Shown here: positions 11,582 to 21,950 of the stretch, piece by piece
Position numbering within the stretch: the first letter of the stretch is position 1
Layout: each line of letters starts with the position of its first letter
NCBI GenBank assembly: GCA_965207445.1
Contig: CBDBLX010000002.1
Span: 1,431,849 to 1,495,848 of the forward strand
Reading direction: 5' to 3'
Length of the DNA: 64,000 nt
DNA from: Nitrosopumilus sp.
Lineage (GTDB): Archaea > Thermoproteota > Nitrososphaeria > Nitrososphaerales > Nitrosopumilaceae
Program-made: the position numbers and the translations under genes
The notes under the pieces: model-generated
Told to the model about the DNA's origin: nothing
The model's database searches: none
The model's input: only the letters and a program-made list of their open reading frames with translations

Positions 11582-12477
11582 TGACAGATTCAGTTAAAAC
11601 TGACACTTTTCCACACAAATCAACTATGCTCCAGTACGTGCAGGTGCCAAAGGTGCCACCGATCAAGATACAAGGGATCAAAAGAAAACTCGTGCCCTTT
11701 ATAATGAACAACATCAACTGGACGGACAAAGGCAGGTGGATCGAGCCGTTTTTGGGTTCGGGGATCGTCATGTTCAACGCATCCCCACAGACGGCCGCGG
11801 CCTCCGACCACAACCCGCACATCATAGAGATGTACACAGGAATACAAAACGGACAGATAACCCCCGCCTCCGTCAGGGACTTTCTGGTCAGGGAGGGCGG
11901 CAGGCTGAGCGAATACGGCGAGCAGTACTATTACGAGGTCCGGGACAGATTCAACTCAGTCCAAGACCCGCTTGATTTTCTCTTTCTGAACAGGTCGTGC
12001 TTCAACGGATTGATACGGTTCAACTCAAAGGGAAGGTTCAACACCCCGTTCTGCCGTAAGCCCAACAGATTCAGCAAAGCATACGTCACCAAGATAGTCA
12101 ACCAGGTCAGGTGGCTGGACGACCTGCTTGCAAACGGCGGCAAACAATGGACTTTTGAGGCGCTGGACTGGAAGGACGCCCTGACGGATATAAAAGACGA
12201 CGATTTTCTGTATCTTGATCCCCCGTACGCAGGACGGCACACAAACTACTACGACGTGTGGGATGAGTCCGACCTGAGCGACCTTGCAAATTTTCTGAAA
12301 TCCGGCAATGTAAAGTTCGCCCTTTCAATATGGTATGAGAACAAGTACAGGCGTAACGACGACGTTGAAAAGTATTTTTCAGGATTTACCATAAGAAAGC
12401 ACGAGCACTTTTATCATCTCGGCTCCACTGAGAGCCTCAGAAACAGTATGACTGAAGCATTGATAATGCGGTTATAG
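11581..12477 (+). CDS. Dam/D12-class N6-adenine DNA methyltransferase, M.EcoRV-like
   Basis: VPPIKIQGIKRKLVP, motif I EPFLGSG, FNGLIRFN...FNTPFC, motif IV DPPY; N-terminus closely resembles M.EcoRV; GC-rich relative to flanks. Confidence 0.9.
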   Translation: MTDSVKTDTFPHKSTMLQYVQVPKVPPIKIQGIKRKLVPFIMNNINWTDKGRWIEPFLGSGIVMFNASPQTAAASDHNPHIIEMYTGIQNGQITPASVRDFLVREGGRLSEYGEQYYYEVRDRFNSVQDPLDFLFLNRSCFNGLIRFNSKGRFNTPFCRKPNRFSKAYVTKIVNQVRWLDDLLANGGKQWTFEALDWKDALTDIKDDDFLYLDPPYAGRHTNYYDVWDESDLSDLANFLKSGNVKFALSIWYENKYRRNDDVEKYFSGFTIRKHEHFYHLGSTESLRNSMTEALIMRL

Positions 12478-12745
12478 TCCACGTCCGCGCCTCAGATGCT
12501 TCAACGAATAATCCCTCCAGAACGTCTCAAATTCCGCATTACTGGCAAACTCACTGTCCCGGTTCATCAACCTTTTCAGTGAATTGATTCCACCTGTGTT
12601 TGCCGTATCTCCCGAACCCGAAACCCTCCCCGCGAACTGCCACTTTTGGCCCACGCACACGGCCTTGATGTCCACAATTTCCTCAGTGGGCCTGTCCGGG
12701 TACCATTCATAGATCACCGCAATCATCCTCATCATAACTGCCAAT
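12472..12745 (-). pseudogene. C-terminal remnant of an EcoRV-like type II restriction endonuclease
   Basis: QKWQFAGRVSGSGDTANTGGI...EFASNAEFETFWRDY parallels EcoRV QDKWVIAGDLAGSGNTTNIGSI...FDSEDEFLDYWRNY; convergent with the MTase; N-terminal catalytic half absent. Confidence 0.75.
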
Positions 12746-12821
12746 GTAATTAACAAAATTGACGAGTCAAGTAATAAAAAAATAATAATAAAATAAAAAA
12801 AAAATAAAAAGAAATGCACGT

Positions 12822-13271
12822 CTAGTTTAACTTAAAGTTAAAGATCGACATCCAAGACTTTATTATATCACGGTTTAAATTTGCAAAAGACTTTACATTG
12901 TCATTAAAGGTCTTTATGTTCTGCTGAGCCGCATCAATATTCATCAGTACGATCTGATTATTAATTGATGATGCTTTTGCCATGTCATCTGCAGTATCCT
13001 GTATTGCACGTACAGTAGTATCAGATACATTTGTAGGAATACCTGAATTTCGTGTAGTGTCTTTTTGGAACTCTAATACAGAATTTGTAACACTTTCAGA
13101 TGCTTGCAGGTACTCTTGCTGTATGTTAGTTATTGCCTGATGATACTGTGGTACAGACTGTCTGACATTGTTGAAGAACTTTTCTGTATTTTGCTTGTAT
13201 AGTGAAAATGCGTCTTTTGATTGTGACAATGTACTCTTTGGTTGGTTGTTTGAATTATTACCAGTTGTCAT
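12822..13271 (-). CDS. Helical protein, phasin (PhaP)-like candidate
   Basis: 149-aa amphipathic Q/N/A-rich protein directly downstream of an AbrB-domain gene. Confidence 0.5.
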   Translation of the reverse strand: MTTGNNSNNQPKSTLSQSKDAFSLYKQNTEKFFNNVRQSVPQYHQAITNIQQEYLQASESVTNSVLEFQKDTTRNSGIPTNVSDTTVRAIQDTADDMAKASSINNQIVLMNIDAAQQNIKTFNDNVKSFANLNRDIIKSWMSIFNFKLN

Positions 13272-13709
13272 TTACTCTTTCACCTCCTTTTTCTTCCGAT
13301 TTGGAATAGGCAGTACTATCACCTGTACAAGGTCACCCTCCCCAATACCAAGTGCATTGCGCTCAGCTTCAGGTATTGATATGCGTCCATTACTTCCAAT
13401 GGTAGTTTTGTATGCGCCCCAATTTGCAACAAATGGTATCATAGTGTTTTGACCCATTCCGATCAAAGCATCCATGCCACGACTCTGCATAGAAGAGACA
13501 TTCTCCATCAGTTTAGACTGGGCGTTTTGTGCATTTTCTGTAATGGTGCGCAGTGTTCCAAGTGGGTTAAAGGCGTCAGGTTTCTGATCACCTGTAGAGG
13601 CCATCAATGTGCCAAAGTTCTTTACAAACTCTGCTTGTGCCTGACCACTCTTTTGTATCCAATCCTGAAACATCCGTGTAGGATCATACTGGTTTCTATT
13701 ACCACTCAT
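13272..13709 (-). CDS. AbrB-domain regulator, PhaR-like candidate
   Basis: C-terminal TTIGSNGRISIPEAERNALGIGEGDLVQVIV is an AbrB domain; Q/M-rich helical N-terminus. Confidence 0.7.
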   Translation of the reverse strand: MSGNRNQYDPTRMFQDWIQKSGQAQAEFVKNFGTLMASTGDQKPDAFNPLGTLRTITENAQNAQSKLMENVSSMQSRGMDALIGMGQNTMIPFVANWGAYKTTIGSNGRISIPEAERNALGIGEGDLVQVIVLPIPNRKKKEVKE

Positions 13710-13914
13710 AGGTTATAAAAGGAAACAGTTGTATATATACCAACCGAAAATTATAGACAAGGGGGTATACTTCAAGGCCAGCGCCATGAGGTATATACGA
13801 AGAGTGTGTAAAGGAGGCGTGTAAGCAGGCCGGCAAGCCGGTGGACACGTTTGGATACGGCTTCATGGGTGGCATCGGAGAGCTTCTAGAAAGGATCAAG
13901 AGGGCCCGCGAATC

Positions 13915-14637
13915 ATGACGGCCGCCTCTGAGATGTGCGCCGCAGTTCACCGGGCGCTTGAATGCCTCCCGCTGACAAGGTGGTACCCGTTTGACATTGA
14001 CGGCATGCCGGATGCCGGGGTGTACTTTTTCTACGAGGACGGTGAGTCGTGGGGACACGGCGACGGAGGAAAGAAGCCCAGGATAGTCAGAGTCAGAACG
14101 CACAGGAAAAACAACTTCCGCTCCAGAATGCGCGACCATTACATTCCGGATTCGAAAAGTATGAACCTTGACGCGCGCAAGTCGCCGCCCCATGACAGGA
14201 GCATATTTCGAAAAAATCTCGGTAGGGCCATACTGAACAAAGAGTGCAACCCCTACCTTGAAGTATTGAATATTGACTTTACCACCAGAGAGGCGCAGAT
14301 GAAGAAATCACACCTCCGGAACGTGGAAGAAGATGCCAAGGGTCAAGGGAGAGGCTACCCAGCTTTTGAGGGAAAGATTCTCGCTCCGGTTCGTCATGCT
14401 GGATGGAGAGAAGAAGAGGAGGATGGACATCGAGTCTAAGATAATCGGGACGACGGGTGCCCCTGCTGCAAGAGCTCCGCAGGCTGACTAGGCCTGCACT
14501 CACCCGTGGACAAGATCATGGAGGGCTACATGTGGGTTACGCAGCACTTGGAATCAGACGGACTTGGCGCGGCCGACATGTCCGTGCTCTCCGAGGCCGT
14601 GAATAGGACGGCAGAGTGGATGAAGAGGTCGGCGTAG
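13915..14637 (+). pseudogene. Frameshifted GIY-YIG-like nuclease
   Basis: GVYFFYEDGE...RIVRVRTH...NFRSRMRDHY...DRSIFRKNLGRAIL; frame appears to break near 14330 with coding-like sequence continuing to ~14637; GC-rich. Confidence 0.55.
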
Positions 14638-15047
14638 CGCGTCCCGAACGCGACTGTATTTGATGTTGTCGTCACCCCGAACATCGGCCGCTACTCGAGC
14701 TCAAGCCGCATCCCAAAGTCAGCACTTGCCAAGCTTGGGAATTTGGACCACATCCACTTTACCATATCAGTCGACAGCATCAGACACGGGCCGATTGAAT
14801 GTGCGGCATCCTGCTGCATGGTCAAAACGGGCTGAAAAACCTGCCAACTGCGTCTGCAACAGCACCCGCCTCTCAAACTCTTAAATTGTAGGCAGACATA
14901 AGAGACACATGAACCATGCAAAGAACAGTATAGACGCCCCAGATCAGCCTAGCAAGGCCTTGGATGATTCGAGGGCGCTGACAGGTAGCCAAGACGCGCC
15001 TATCATCGACGATCCCCGTATCACCCAGTCCAAGGGACGTTCCAACG

Positions 15048-15758
15048 CTAGCTAGGCGATTTGAACCCAAACTTTTCTTCCAAATGGGTCATCATGAGCG
15101 GAATTTCATCCAGTAACCGCCTTTCGTATTTGTCTAAGAGTACATAATATTGCATCGTGGCTCTCGAAATCTTTCCATCTCTGCCCCTATTTTCTATGGT
15201 CAGCCTCAGATAATGATTGTGGTTTTTAATCATGTTGAATATGTCTCGTGTCTTCTGGTGTAACTCAGAATCGAGAAATTTTATTCCGCCCGAAAAGAAG
15301 GCTGTCGTATATGTCGTGGTTAAGAAATCTGTTTGTAAATGTAAGGGTTTTGCCGTTGAATTCCACATCAAACAGCTTTTGGGAATGTGTCGCCTTTTAT
15401 GGCGGACAAAGTATCGAATAGTTCTCCGTACAGATTTTTTGACGTGCGCTCCCTTTCTAGCACTTTTGTCATCTTCCTTTCCTTTTCCATGGTTTCGGCC
15501 ATCATCTTCCTTTCCCGTTCCCTTTTCCATCTCCCTCTCATTTTCCCTTTTATTTTGTTTTACAAAATAGGCAATGGGTACGCCAACCAGTGAGAGAATG
15601 GTCACTATGGACGCCCACTTGCCCAGGATCTCACCTTGCCACATGTACGGCCAAAAGAAAACCGAGACAAGTACAACGAAAGACACCACAATGATCGCGC
15701 ATATCCATCGATTCGCGCTGTTGTGGTTTTTCACAATTTGGTATGCAGGTGATACCAT
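15048..15758 (-). CDS. Hypothetical membrane protein, possibly with internal frameshifts
   Basis: Two N-terminal TM segments, charged linker, helical C-terminus. Confidence 0.45.
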   Translation of the reverse strand: MVSPAYQIVKNHNSANRWICAIIVVSFVVLVSVFFWPYMWQGEILGKWASIVTILSLVGVPIAYFVKQNKRENEREMEKGTGKEDDGRNHGKGKEDDKSARKGAHVKKSVRRTIRYFVRHKRRHIPKSCLMWNSTAKPLHLQTDFLTTTYTTAFFSGGIKFLDSELHQKTRDIFNMIKNHNHYLRLTIENRGRDGKISRATMQYYVLLDKYERRLLDEIPLMMTHLEEKFGFKSPS

Positions 15759-16175
15759 TTTACGGTTGTAAATAGATCCGAAATATGTATGAACAAAAGC
15801 AAACTCGAGTCTAGTTATGTGTAATAATTAAAACAGTGATCTGAGAGTTTTTAATTTTTTATGTCCATTTATTGCCCTTGATTCATCAATATTTGTCAGT
15901 AGAATTTTTGATTCTTTATTTGAAACATTATATGCATCATAGAGAGAGCCCCGACACCACATTTTTTGACATTTTACTTTTCAAAGAATATGATAAATCC
16001 GAATTGCTGAGAATTCATATGTAAAGATGTCTGTTAAAAATTATCGCATGTAATTTTTTTCGTTGTGTCAGAATTTATGAACGCCGCTATACAAAATGTC
16101 AATGTATGGTCCCAATTATACTTGATGATTTAATCTATACATATAAATGATGAAATTTTTCTGATGGTATACAAG

Positions 16176-16967
16176 TCATGATGAGATGAAATCAACCACA
16201 CGTTTGACAAAGATTTCAGGTTTTTGGTAATATGGGGCATGACCACATCCATCCATACTAAAGAGAGTGCTATTTCGGATAGCAGAAGTAAAGTATCCGG
16301 CATATCGTATTGGAATTACGGGATCGTCAGAACCCCATACCAACAACGTAGGATGATCAATGGAGTGTAGTATAGAGTCTGTTAAATATGAATTTTTAAG
16401 ATTTAATGTTGTTGATAAAAATGACATTTTTGCATTCGGTAATTTCATGCGTTTGATAAAACTATTAATTGTATATTCATCAGGTTTTTCATCTGATCCA
16501 TCCATCGCCTGAAATGCAATAGATGTAGTTTGAACAGTCGGATACATGGCAGCCATCACATATGAATCAAGTGCAGGTGTGGATGATTTCATAACACCTG
16601 CAGGTGAGGCAAGTATTAGTTTGGATATGGTTGCAGGGTGGGAAAAAGTATACTCTGTAGCAATCTGTCCACCAAGTGATGCACCTACAAGAAATATGCG
16701 TTGATGACATATGGTACGTATAAATTGTTCTAAAAATGTGGTAAAGAGTTCAATGGTGTAATCAACGGATGGTTTGTCACTATACCCAAATCCGATCAAG
16801 TCAGGTATAACAACTCGAAAGTGTTTTTCAAATAGTGGTCCTGCTTTTGACCACCGCTCAGCTGACCCACCAAGTCCATGAAGTAGTACAATTGTACCAT
16901 TTTTAGGGTCACCGCCCTCTAGGTAACGTATACGATTCCCATTCATGTGTATAAAGTGCGTCTCCAT
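16176..16967 (-). CDS. Alpha/beta hydrolase
   Basis: LLHGLGG, PDLIGFGYSDKP, nucleophile GASLGG, WGSDD, GCGH. Confidence 0.9.
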   Translation of the reverse strand: METHFIHMNGNRIRYLEGGDPKNGTIVLLHGLGGSAERWSKAGPLFEKHFRVVIPDLIGFGYSDKPSVDYTIELFTTFLEQFIRTICHQRIFLVGASLGGQIATEYTFSHPATISKLILASPAGVMKSSTPALDSYVMAAMYPTVQTTSIAFQAMDGSDEKPDEYTINSFIKRMKLPNAKMSFLSTTLNLKNSYLTDSILHSIDHPTLLVWGSDDPVIPIRYAGYFTSAIRNSTLFSMDGCGHAPYYQKPEIFVKRVVDFISS

Positions 16968-17371
16968 CTTTTGAGCATTGACATATAGTATTGATAAGTT
17001 TTATGAGCATGTCAAGTGGTAGATGGTTAGTGTGATTGTTAGATATGTTTGATCACATCATATTTTGCTACAGTTGCTCAACTCTCACAACAATTGTAAA
17101 AAGAATTTTGTAATGTGTGGTTGATTCATTTTGTGCCTAATCTTAATGAATCATGTAATGCTCATTTTTTATAATTACCATACGCAGATATCACCCAACT
17201 ATCAAACAATGCCAAGACGTTATGAATAATTTTACCACAATATCATTATAATGTCACCGCCGCACCATTATCATTAAACCGATTGTCACACTCAAGCATC
17301 GTCGTATCTTTTCATCTTTTTGATTATATTGCAAAAAAAAAATAGAGTGAAATAGTCACACATTATACGCA

Positions 17372-17833
17372 TTACATTATTTTATGCTTGTCAAAATACT
17401 TTTGATGGTACTCTTCTGCACGATAAAAGTTTTCAGCAGGTATTATGCCAGTTACTATTGGTCTATCTCCATATCTTCTAGACTGTGCAATTGTATTCTT
17501 TGATTTTTCAGCTGCATCTTTTTGTTCTTGTGTGTGGTAAAACACAGCAGATCTGTACTGGGTACCAACATCAGGACCTTGTCTATTCAAAGTAGTTGGA
17601 TCATGATTGTTCCAAAATATATTTAAAAGATCATCATATGATACAACCTGAGGATCATACTCTACCTCCACTGCTTCAGCATGTCCCGTTTTATCAGTAC
17701 AGACATCCTCATATGTTGGGTTTTGAGTATTCCCCCCAGTGTATCCAACTGCAGTAGATTTCACACCAGTAGTATTTGCAAAGATATGCTCAACGTGCCA
17801 AAAGCAACCCGCACCAAATGTGGCTTTTTCCAT
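17372..17833 (-). CDS. msrA: Peptide methionine sulfoxide reductase A
   Basis: [38 protein letters not shown]. Confidence 0.97.
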   Translation of the reverse strand: MEKATFGAGCFWHVEHIFANTTGVKSTAVGYTGGNTQNPTYEDVCTDKTGHAEAVEVEYDPQVVSYDDLLNIFWNNHDPTTLNRQGPDVGTQYRSAVFYHTQEQKDAAEKSKNTIAQSRRYGDRPIVTGIIPAENFYRAEEYHQKYFDKHKIM

Positions 17834-18391
17834 GTTTGGTGTATTTATAGCACCATTAAAAATATAACCATAAGAGCCAAGTGATACTTTACGTTAATTG
17901 CAGATAGTCAAAAAATATAGACTTTCTGTAGGGAGATGAATGTGAATTGAGGATATATGTATATTCAATTCTAAAATTGGTCAGTTTCAAGTAGAAAAAT
18001 ACACAAGAGTTAGAACGCAGTGATGCAGGATTAAATGTATACGACATGATACCTCATTAATTGATAAAAATAAGATCAAAGTGTGTACAAAAATATTACT
18101 AATTGTAAATTTAAACCCGCATCAGATATGCACACAAGATATTATTTGTACCAAAAAATTTACCATACTAGTAAGTTCAACTCTATACAGACATCAGACA
18201 TTGCAGTGAATCTGTGCCTAATTTGAGAATGGGTTGTACGCAGATATACCTGTATACCTATCTAGAAGAGGATGATGGTAAAATGCTTGTAAAACAATAA
18301 CCAGTCATTATCTCCAATCATATACAAGGATTAGATTTATGTTAAATTATATCTAACACGTAATGTCTCAAGTAGGCTCAAAAACTCACAA

Positions 18392-18853
18392 TTAATGCAA
18401 AAGACCCCTATTGTGTTCTAATCTATTTGCATGTACATCTTCTGGCTTTGATGATGGTGGGATATGAACATTCTTAAAATAGTCAATTTTTGGCCCATAT
18501 TTTTCTATAATTTCATCTTGTAGCTGTTCTATTTTTTCCATCATATTATATTCTTTGTTTATGCTTGAAGTACATTTCTTTAATGCACGGATAAGTTGTT
18601 TTCTTATATTTATATGATCTTGTATATATAGTTCTTCATCTTTTTTGTATAGTTCTTCATATTTTTTATCTTTTTTTTCTAGTTCTACATATTTTTTGCG
18701 TAGTTCTTCATTTTTTTTGTGTAGTTCTGCACGTTTTTTGCATAGTTCATCATATATACTCAGTTCTTGTCTAAATTGCTGAAGTAGATTTATAAATTCC
18801 ATTTTTAATTCGATATATTCATCATCTACTTTATCGAGTCTTTTTTGTTTCAT
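18392..18853 (-). CDS. Hypothetical K/E-rich coiled-coil protein
   Basis: Heptad-like ELxKK repeats. Confidence 0.55.
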   Translation of the reverse strand: MKQKRLDKVDDEYIELKMEFINLLQQFRQELSIYDELCKKRAELHKKNEELRKKYVELEKKDKKYEELYKKDEELYIQDHINIRKQLIRALKKCTSSINKEYNMMEKIEQLQDEIIEKYGPKIDYFKNVHIPPSSKPEDVHANRLEHNRGLLH

Positions 18854-18901
18854 AATGTGGGTAAAATATTTGATTATAAAAATATATTTATTATTTTAAA
18901 T

Positions 18902-18979
18902 GTAACCGTTCAATTTATTCTCAAGTTTAGACACAGATTCATAGCCTAACTTTGTGCAGATGTAAGGCTGAACGGTTAC
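18902..18979. mobile_element. MITE family B (IS66-type ends), 78 bp
   Basis: GTAACCGTTCAA...CTGAACGGTTAC; interior homologous to 44527-44607. Confidence 0.8.
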
Positions 18980-19075
18980 TATGACGTGCGCTAAATTTGA
19001 CTAGAAGTTATTTTTAAATAAATGTATAAATCAGAGTGTGTAGTTAACACCACGAATCATTGACAATCAACAAGA

Positions 19076-19636
19076 CTATTGATACGTCAGAGTACGTGTT
19101 GCTTTTTTGTACCTGTATATGGCAAGTCCACAAAATCCAAATATTATTGCCAACCCCATGTATGCCAAATACTGACTATACACGATCAATACAGCAGACA
19201 CGCCTGCTCCAAACACACTAGGGAGCAAAGACAATACGTACAACCACCACCCACAACACCCTAAAGGAACCAAAGAAAAGAATGAAAAAAACGACGTCAT
19301 AGCAGTAATGCCAGGAGTAGTAGAGTTTGCAGTACGTTTCTCAGATGCAATCTTGGTGTTATTGTGCACCATACATACAAGTGATTTACTCTTCTCAGAT
19401 ATGTACACTTGCAATCCAACACCAAACCCCATTCCAACAATTACAATATAGTTCATCTCAAAGGCAGCACGTACAGCAACACTTGCCGAAAGGGCAGGCG
19501 TAGTTATAATTACAATTATTAAATATATGATTATAGTTATGATGCCAAATAAAATAGAGCGTACCAGGGGCTTTTTGGCATTAAAGGTAAGCATTACAAA
19601 CATCACCAAGACATTACCACATCTAACATAACACAA
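19076..19636 (-). CDS. Membrane protein with a Cys-Cys motif
   Basis: About 4 TM segments; LGCCG suggests possible metal binding. Confidence 0.7.
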   Translation of the reverse strand: MCYVRCGNVLVMFVMLTFNAKKPLVRSILFGIITIIIYLIIVIITTPALSASVAVRAAFEMNYIVIVGMGFGVGLQVYISEKSKSLVCMVHNNTKIASEKRTANSTTPGITAMTSFFSFFSLVPLGCCGWWLYVLSLLPSVFGAGVSAVLIVYSQYLAYMGLAIIFGFCGLAIYRYKKATRTLTYQ

Positions 19637-19738
19637 ATGTAATTATCAATACCATGTTTAAAGTTGTCAGAAATCATTACAAACACCATCACATTTTATT
19701 ATCCATATTTTATCATTCAAATATTACACGACCAATCA

Positions 19739-20962
19739 TCATGGTGGCACATACACCAATGTGTCAGGATAAAACGCCACCCATTCAAACCAAAACCCAG
19801 GATTTAGTGCGATACGTTGCAGTTGCTGTCCTTTCATTGCACCAGATACAGCAACACCATCATAATTCCACTCAGAGTTTGTACTAGTATCTGTAAAAAA
19901 TCCAGGTTTGTCAGATCTTGTAAACTCTAGTGTGGTATTATCATATGTCATCCTCTCAAATCCGCGTGTGTTGTCATCAGAAAAAGATACCAGTAATATT
20001 GGATAAGTGTCATTATTGTTACTATTATTATTATTATTATTAGTAACAACAACATCATCATTAATTAATCCAAACAATTCCACATCAGATTGTAAATACG
20101 CCTTGTGTACATTGTTATGTTTCAACCCCATTATGACCTCTTTTGGATGCATAACATTGTCAGTATTTTCTACTGGAAATATTATGCTCAAATCAGTATA
20201 GTAATTCCCATATGGATCAACATTATATGCACGTATATGTCCAGTATCTGTTGTAAGTATTTTGGTATCTGGATATAGTAGTTTCCAGTCACCCCAGCGG
20301 ATAAGATCAAACGGTACAAGTTCGAGTTGTCTGCCGGCAAGTTCTCCCTTTATGGCACTACCTAATGCCTGACTCCAATAGGTGTTGGTCAGTCGATCAT
20401 ACATAACCAAATTACTATTGTATAGTTTACCTGATGTGCCAAATTCTACTGTCGTCCCATCTAAAACACGACTAAACACTTGACTGGTATAACATAATGG
20501 ACAATACGTGACGGCTACAGGGGCGCCACCTACCACATCATTTACTATTTCATGCCAGACCAATATGGATAATGGATATGCACGAGAGTCATCACCCACA
20601 CGCAGCCCCAACACTACATCAGAGTCAGATATGCCATGAGAGTCATATGCAGTAGTGAATTTTGGATCATCAATTGATGGAATTCCATCAGGAGGTGGTC
20701 CACCCCCAATGATGCGATTTAATGGTACGGTGTGCTTTATTCCATCAGATATCATTATGTTCTCAGATATTGCCACATTATTAGATAATATTACATCATT
20801 AGAATTTATGCTCATGTTAGAATCTGATAGGACAGAGTCATCAATAATGTCAAGATTGGACTCTGTGATAATAGGGTCTAGCGTACCATAATATGCTAAA
20901 AGTACAATTACAATTGCTGTAGAACCTATAACACCTGTCAAAATTTTTGAGTTCAAATTCAA
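19739..20962 (-). CDS. DUF3179-family secreted protein
   Basis: GGPPPDGIPSIDDPKF, WHEIVND, TYCPLC, FGTSGKLYNSNLVMYDR, FWFEWVAFYP. Confidence 0.88.
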   Translation of the reverse strand: MNLNSKILTGVIGSTAIVIVLLAYYGTLDPIITESNLDIIDDSVLSDSNMSINSNDVILSNNVAISENIMISDGIKHTVPLNRIIGGGPPPDGIPSIDDPKFTTAYDSHGISDSDVVLGLRVGDDSRAYPLSILVWHEIVNDVVGGAPVAVTYCPLCYTSQVFSRVLDGTTVEFGTSGKLYNSNLVMYDRLTNTYWSQALGSAIKGELAGRQLELVPFDLIRWGDWKLLYPDTKILTTDTGHIRAYNVDPYGNYYTDLSIIFPVENTDNVMHPKEVIMGLKHNNVHKAYLQSDVELFGLINDDVVVTNNNNNNSNNNDTYPILLVSFSDDNTRGFERMTYDNTTLEFTRSDKPGFFTDTSTNSEWNYDGVAVSGAMKGQQLQRIALNPGFWFEWVAFYPDTLVYVPP

Positions 20963-21057
20963 AAAAAGTTGCCATTATAAAATATTAAAGATTTATTCCA
21001 ATTCGTGTTTTTGTGTTGTTTGTCATGGGGTGTGATAGTGATGTTCATGCAAATAAA

Positions 21058-21459
21058 TCATGTTGATGTTTTGAATAATTCTACGACCTTTTTTGCCAAC
21101 TTTTCAATATTTGCAGTAGGTTCAGCAGATATTAAAAGTAGCACACGTGTTATCGGAAATGGAAAACTGATCAACACTGCCTTGTCACGTCTAGCTGCAA
21201 GATAGTTTATTGGCCCCAGACTATCATCATACTCTTTTCGAATAGATGCCTTTGAGACAAACTCCAAAAATGCCTGTAGACGTGTCTCATCGTTTTCATG
21301 AGGTGTGATTCCTTTTTTGAACCCACCTGCAATTAGATTGCCATTGGTATCAATTATACCTGCAAATCGAATCTCATCATGTACAAGTAGTTGATCGCAC
21401 TTTAAAGAGTACAAGTTAAGGGTAGGATCCACACTAGTCACACATATCTTATCATACAT
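21058..21459 (-). CDS. Thaumarchaeal roadblock-like protein (DUF6659 type)
   Basis: IRFAGIID..G.LIAGG...RKEYDDSLGPINYLAARRDK. Confidence 0.75.
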   Translation of the reverse strand: MYDKICVTSVDPTLNLYSLKCDQLLVHDEIRFAGIIDTNGNLIAGGFKKGITPHENDETRLQAFLEFVSKASIRKEYDDSLGPINYLAARRDKAVLISFPFPITRVLLLISAEPTANIEKLAKKVVELFKTST

Positions 21460-21485
21460 CTACGATAAAAACTTAAAGTATATGG

Positions 21486-21677
21486 TAGCGTGTTGCATAA
21501 TTCATAAATTTATACTCCTCTGGGGTCGTGTCCATGGGATGAGCCGCGCAACCTACATTACACGATTCAAAGCCACTCAAATGCTCTATAAACTGGACAG
21601 AAATACCTGCAAGCCTGCCGAGTCATATTGCAACGGTGTCGTCTTACAAGATGCGCATCGAATTATGCAACACGCCA
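21486..21677. mobile_element. MITE family A, copy 2 (inverted relative to copy 1)
   Basis: TIRs TAGCGTGTTGCATAATTC / GAATTATGCAACACGCCA; reverse-complement match to 6683-6876; no TSD seen. Confidence 0.85.
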
Positions 21678-21950
21678 CACACTTTTTTTTGCATTATATC
21701 ACAATTTCAGTGATTTATGATATAGTAATGTGTGTCCATACCTAGCCCACATGGTATAGAGAGTGGTGGAGAGGGGAGTGGACACGTTACCGCATTGCAG
21801 ATTTGGATCGCAGAGATGCTGCAAATGATGACAACACTACACCACCCACACCTCACAAGACAATGAGTTGACATGTTACTCTCAAACAGGGTTTCTAGTA
21901 CAAAAAAGGACACAATGGTATTCACAAGACAATAAGTTGACTTTTTACTC

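Noticed and set aside
12746..12819. Hydrophobic N-terminus of the 115-aa ORF suggesting a membrane protein
   Set aside because: Translation of an A/T-rich intergenic tract fused by chance to the endonuclease remnant.
15957..16110. Inverted repeat TTGACATTTT / AAAATGTCAA
   Set aside because: Only 10 perfect bp in AT-rich DNA; no second copy or TSD.
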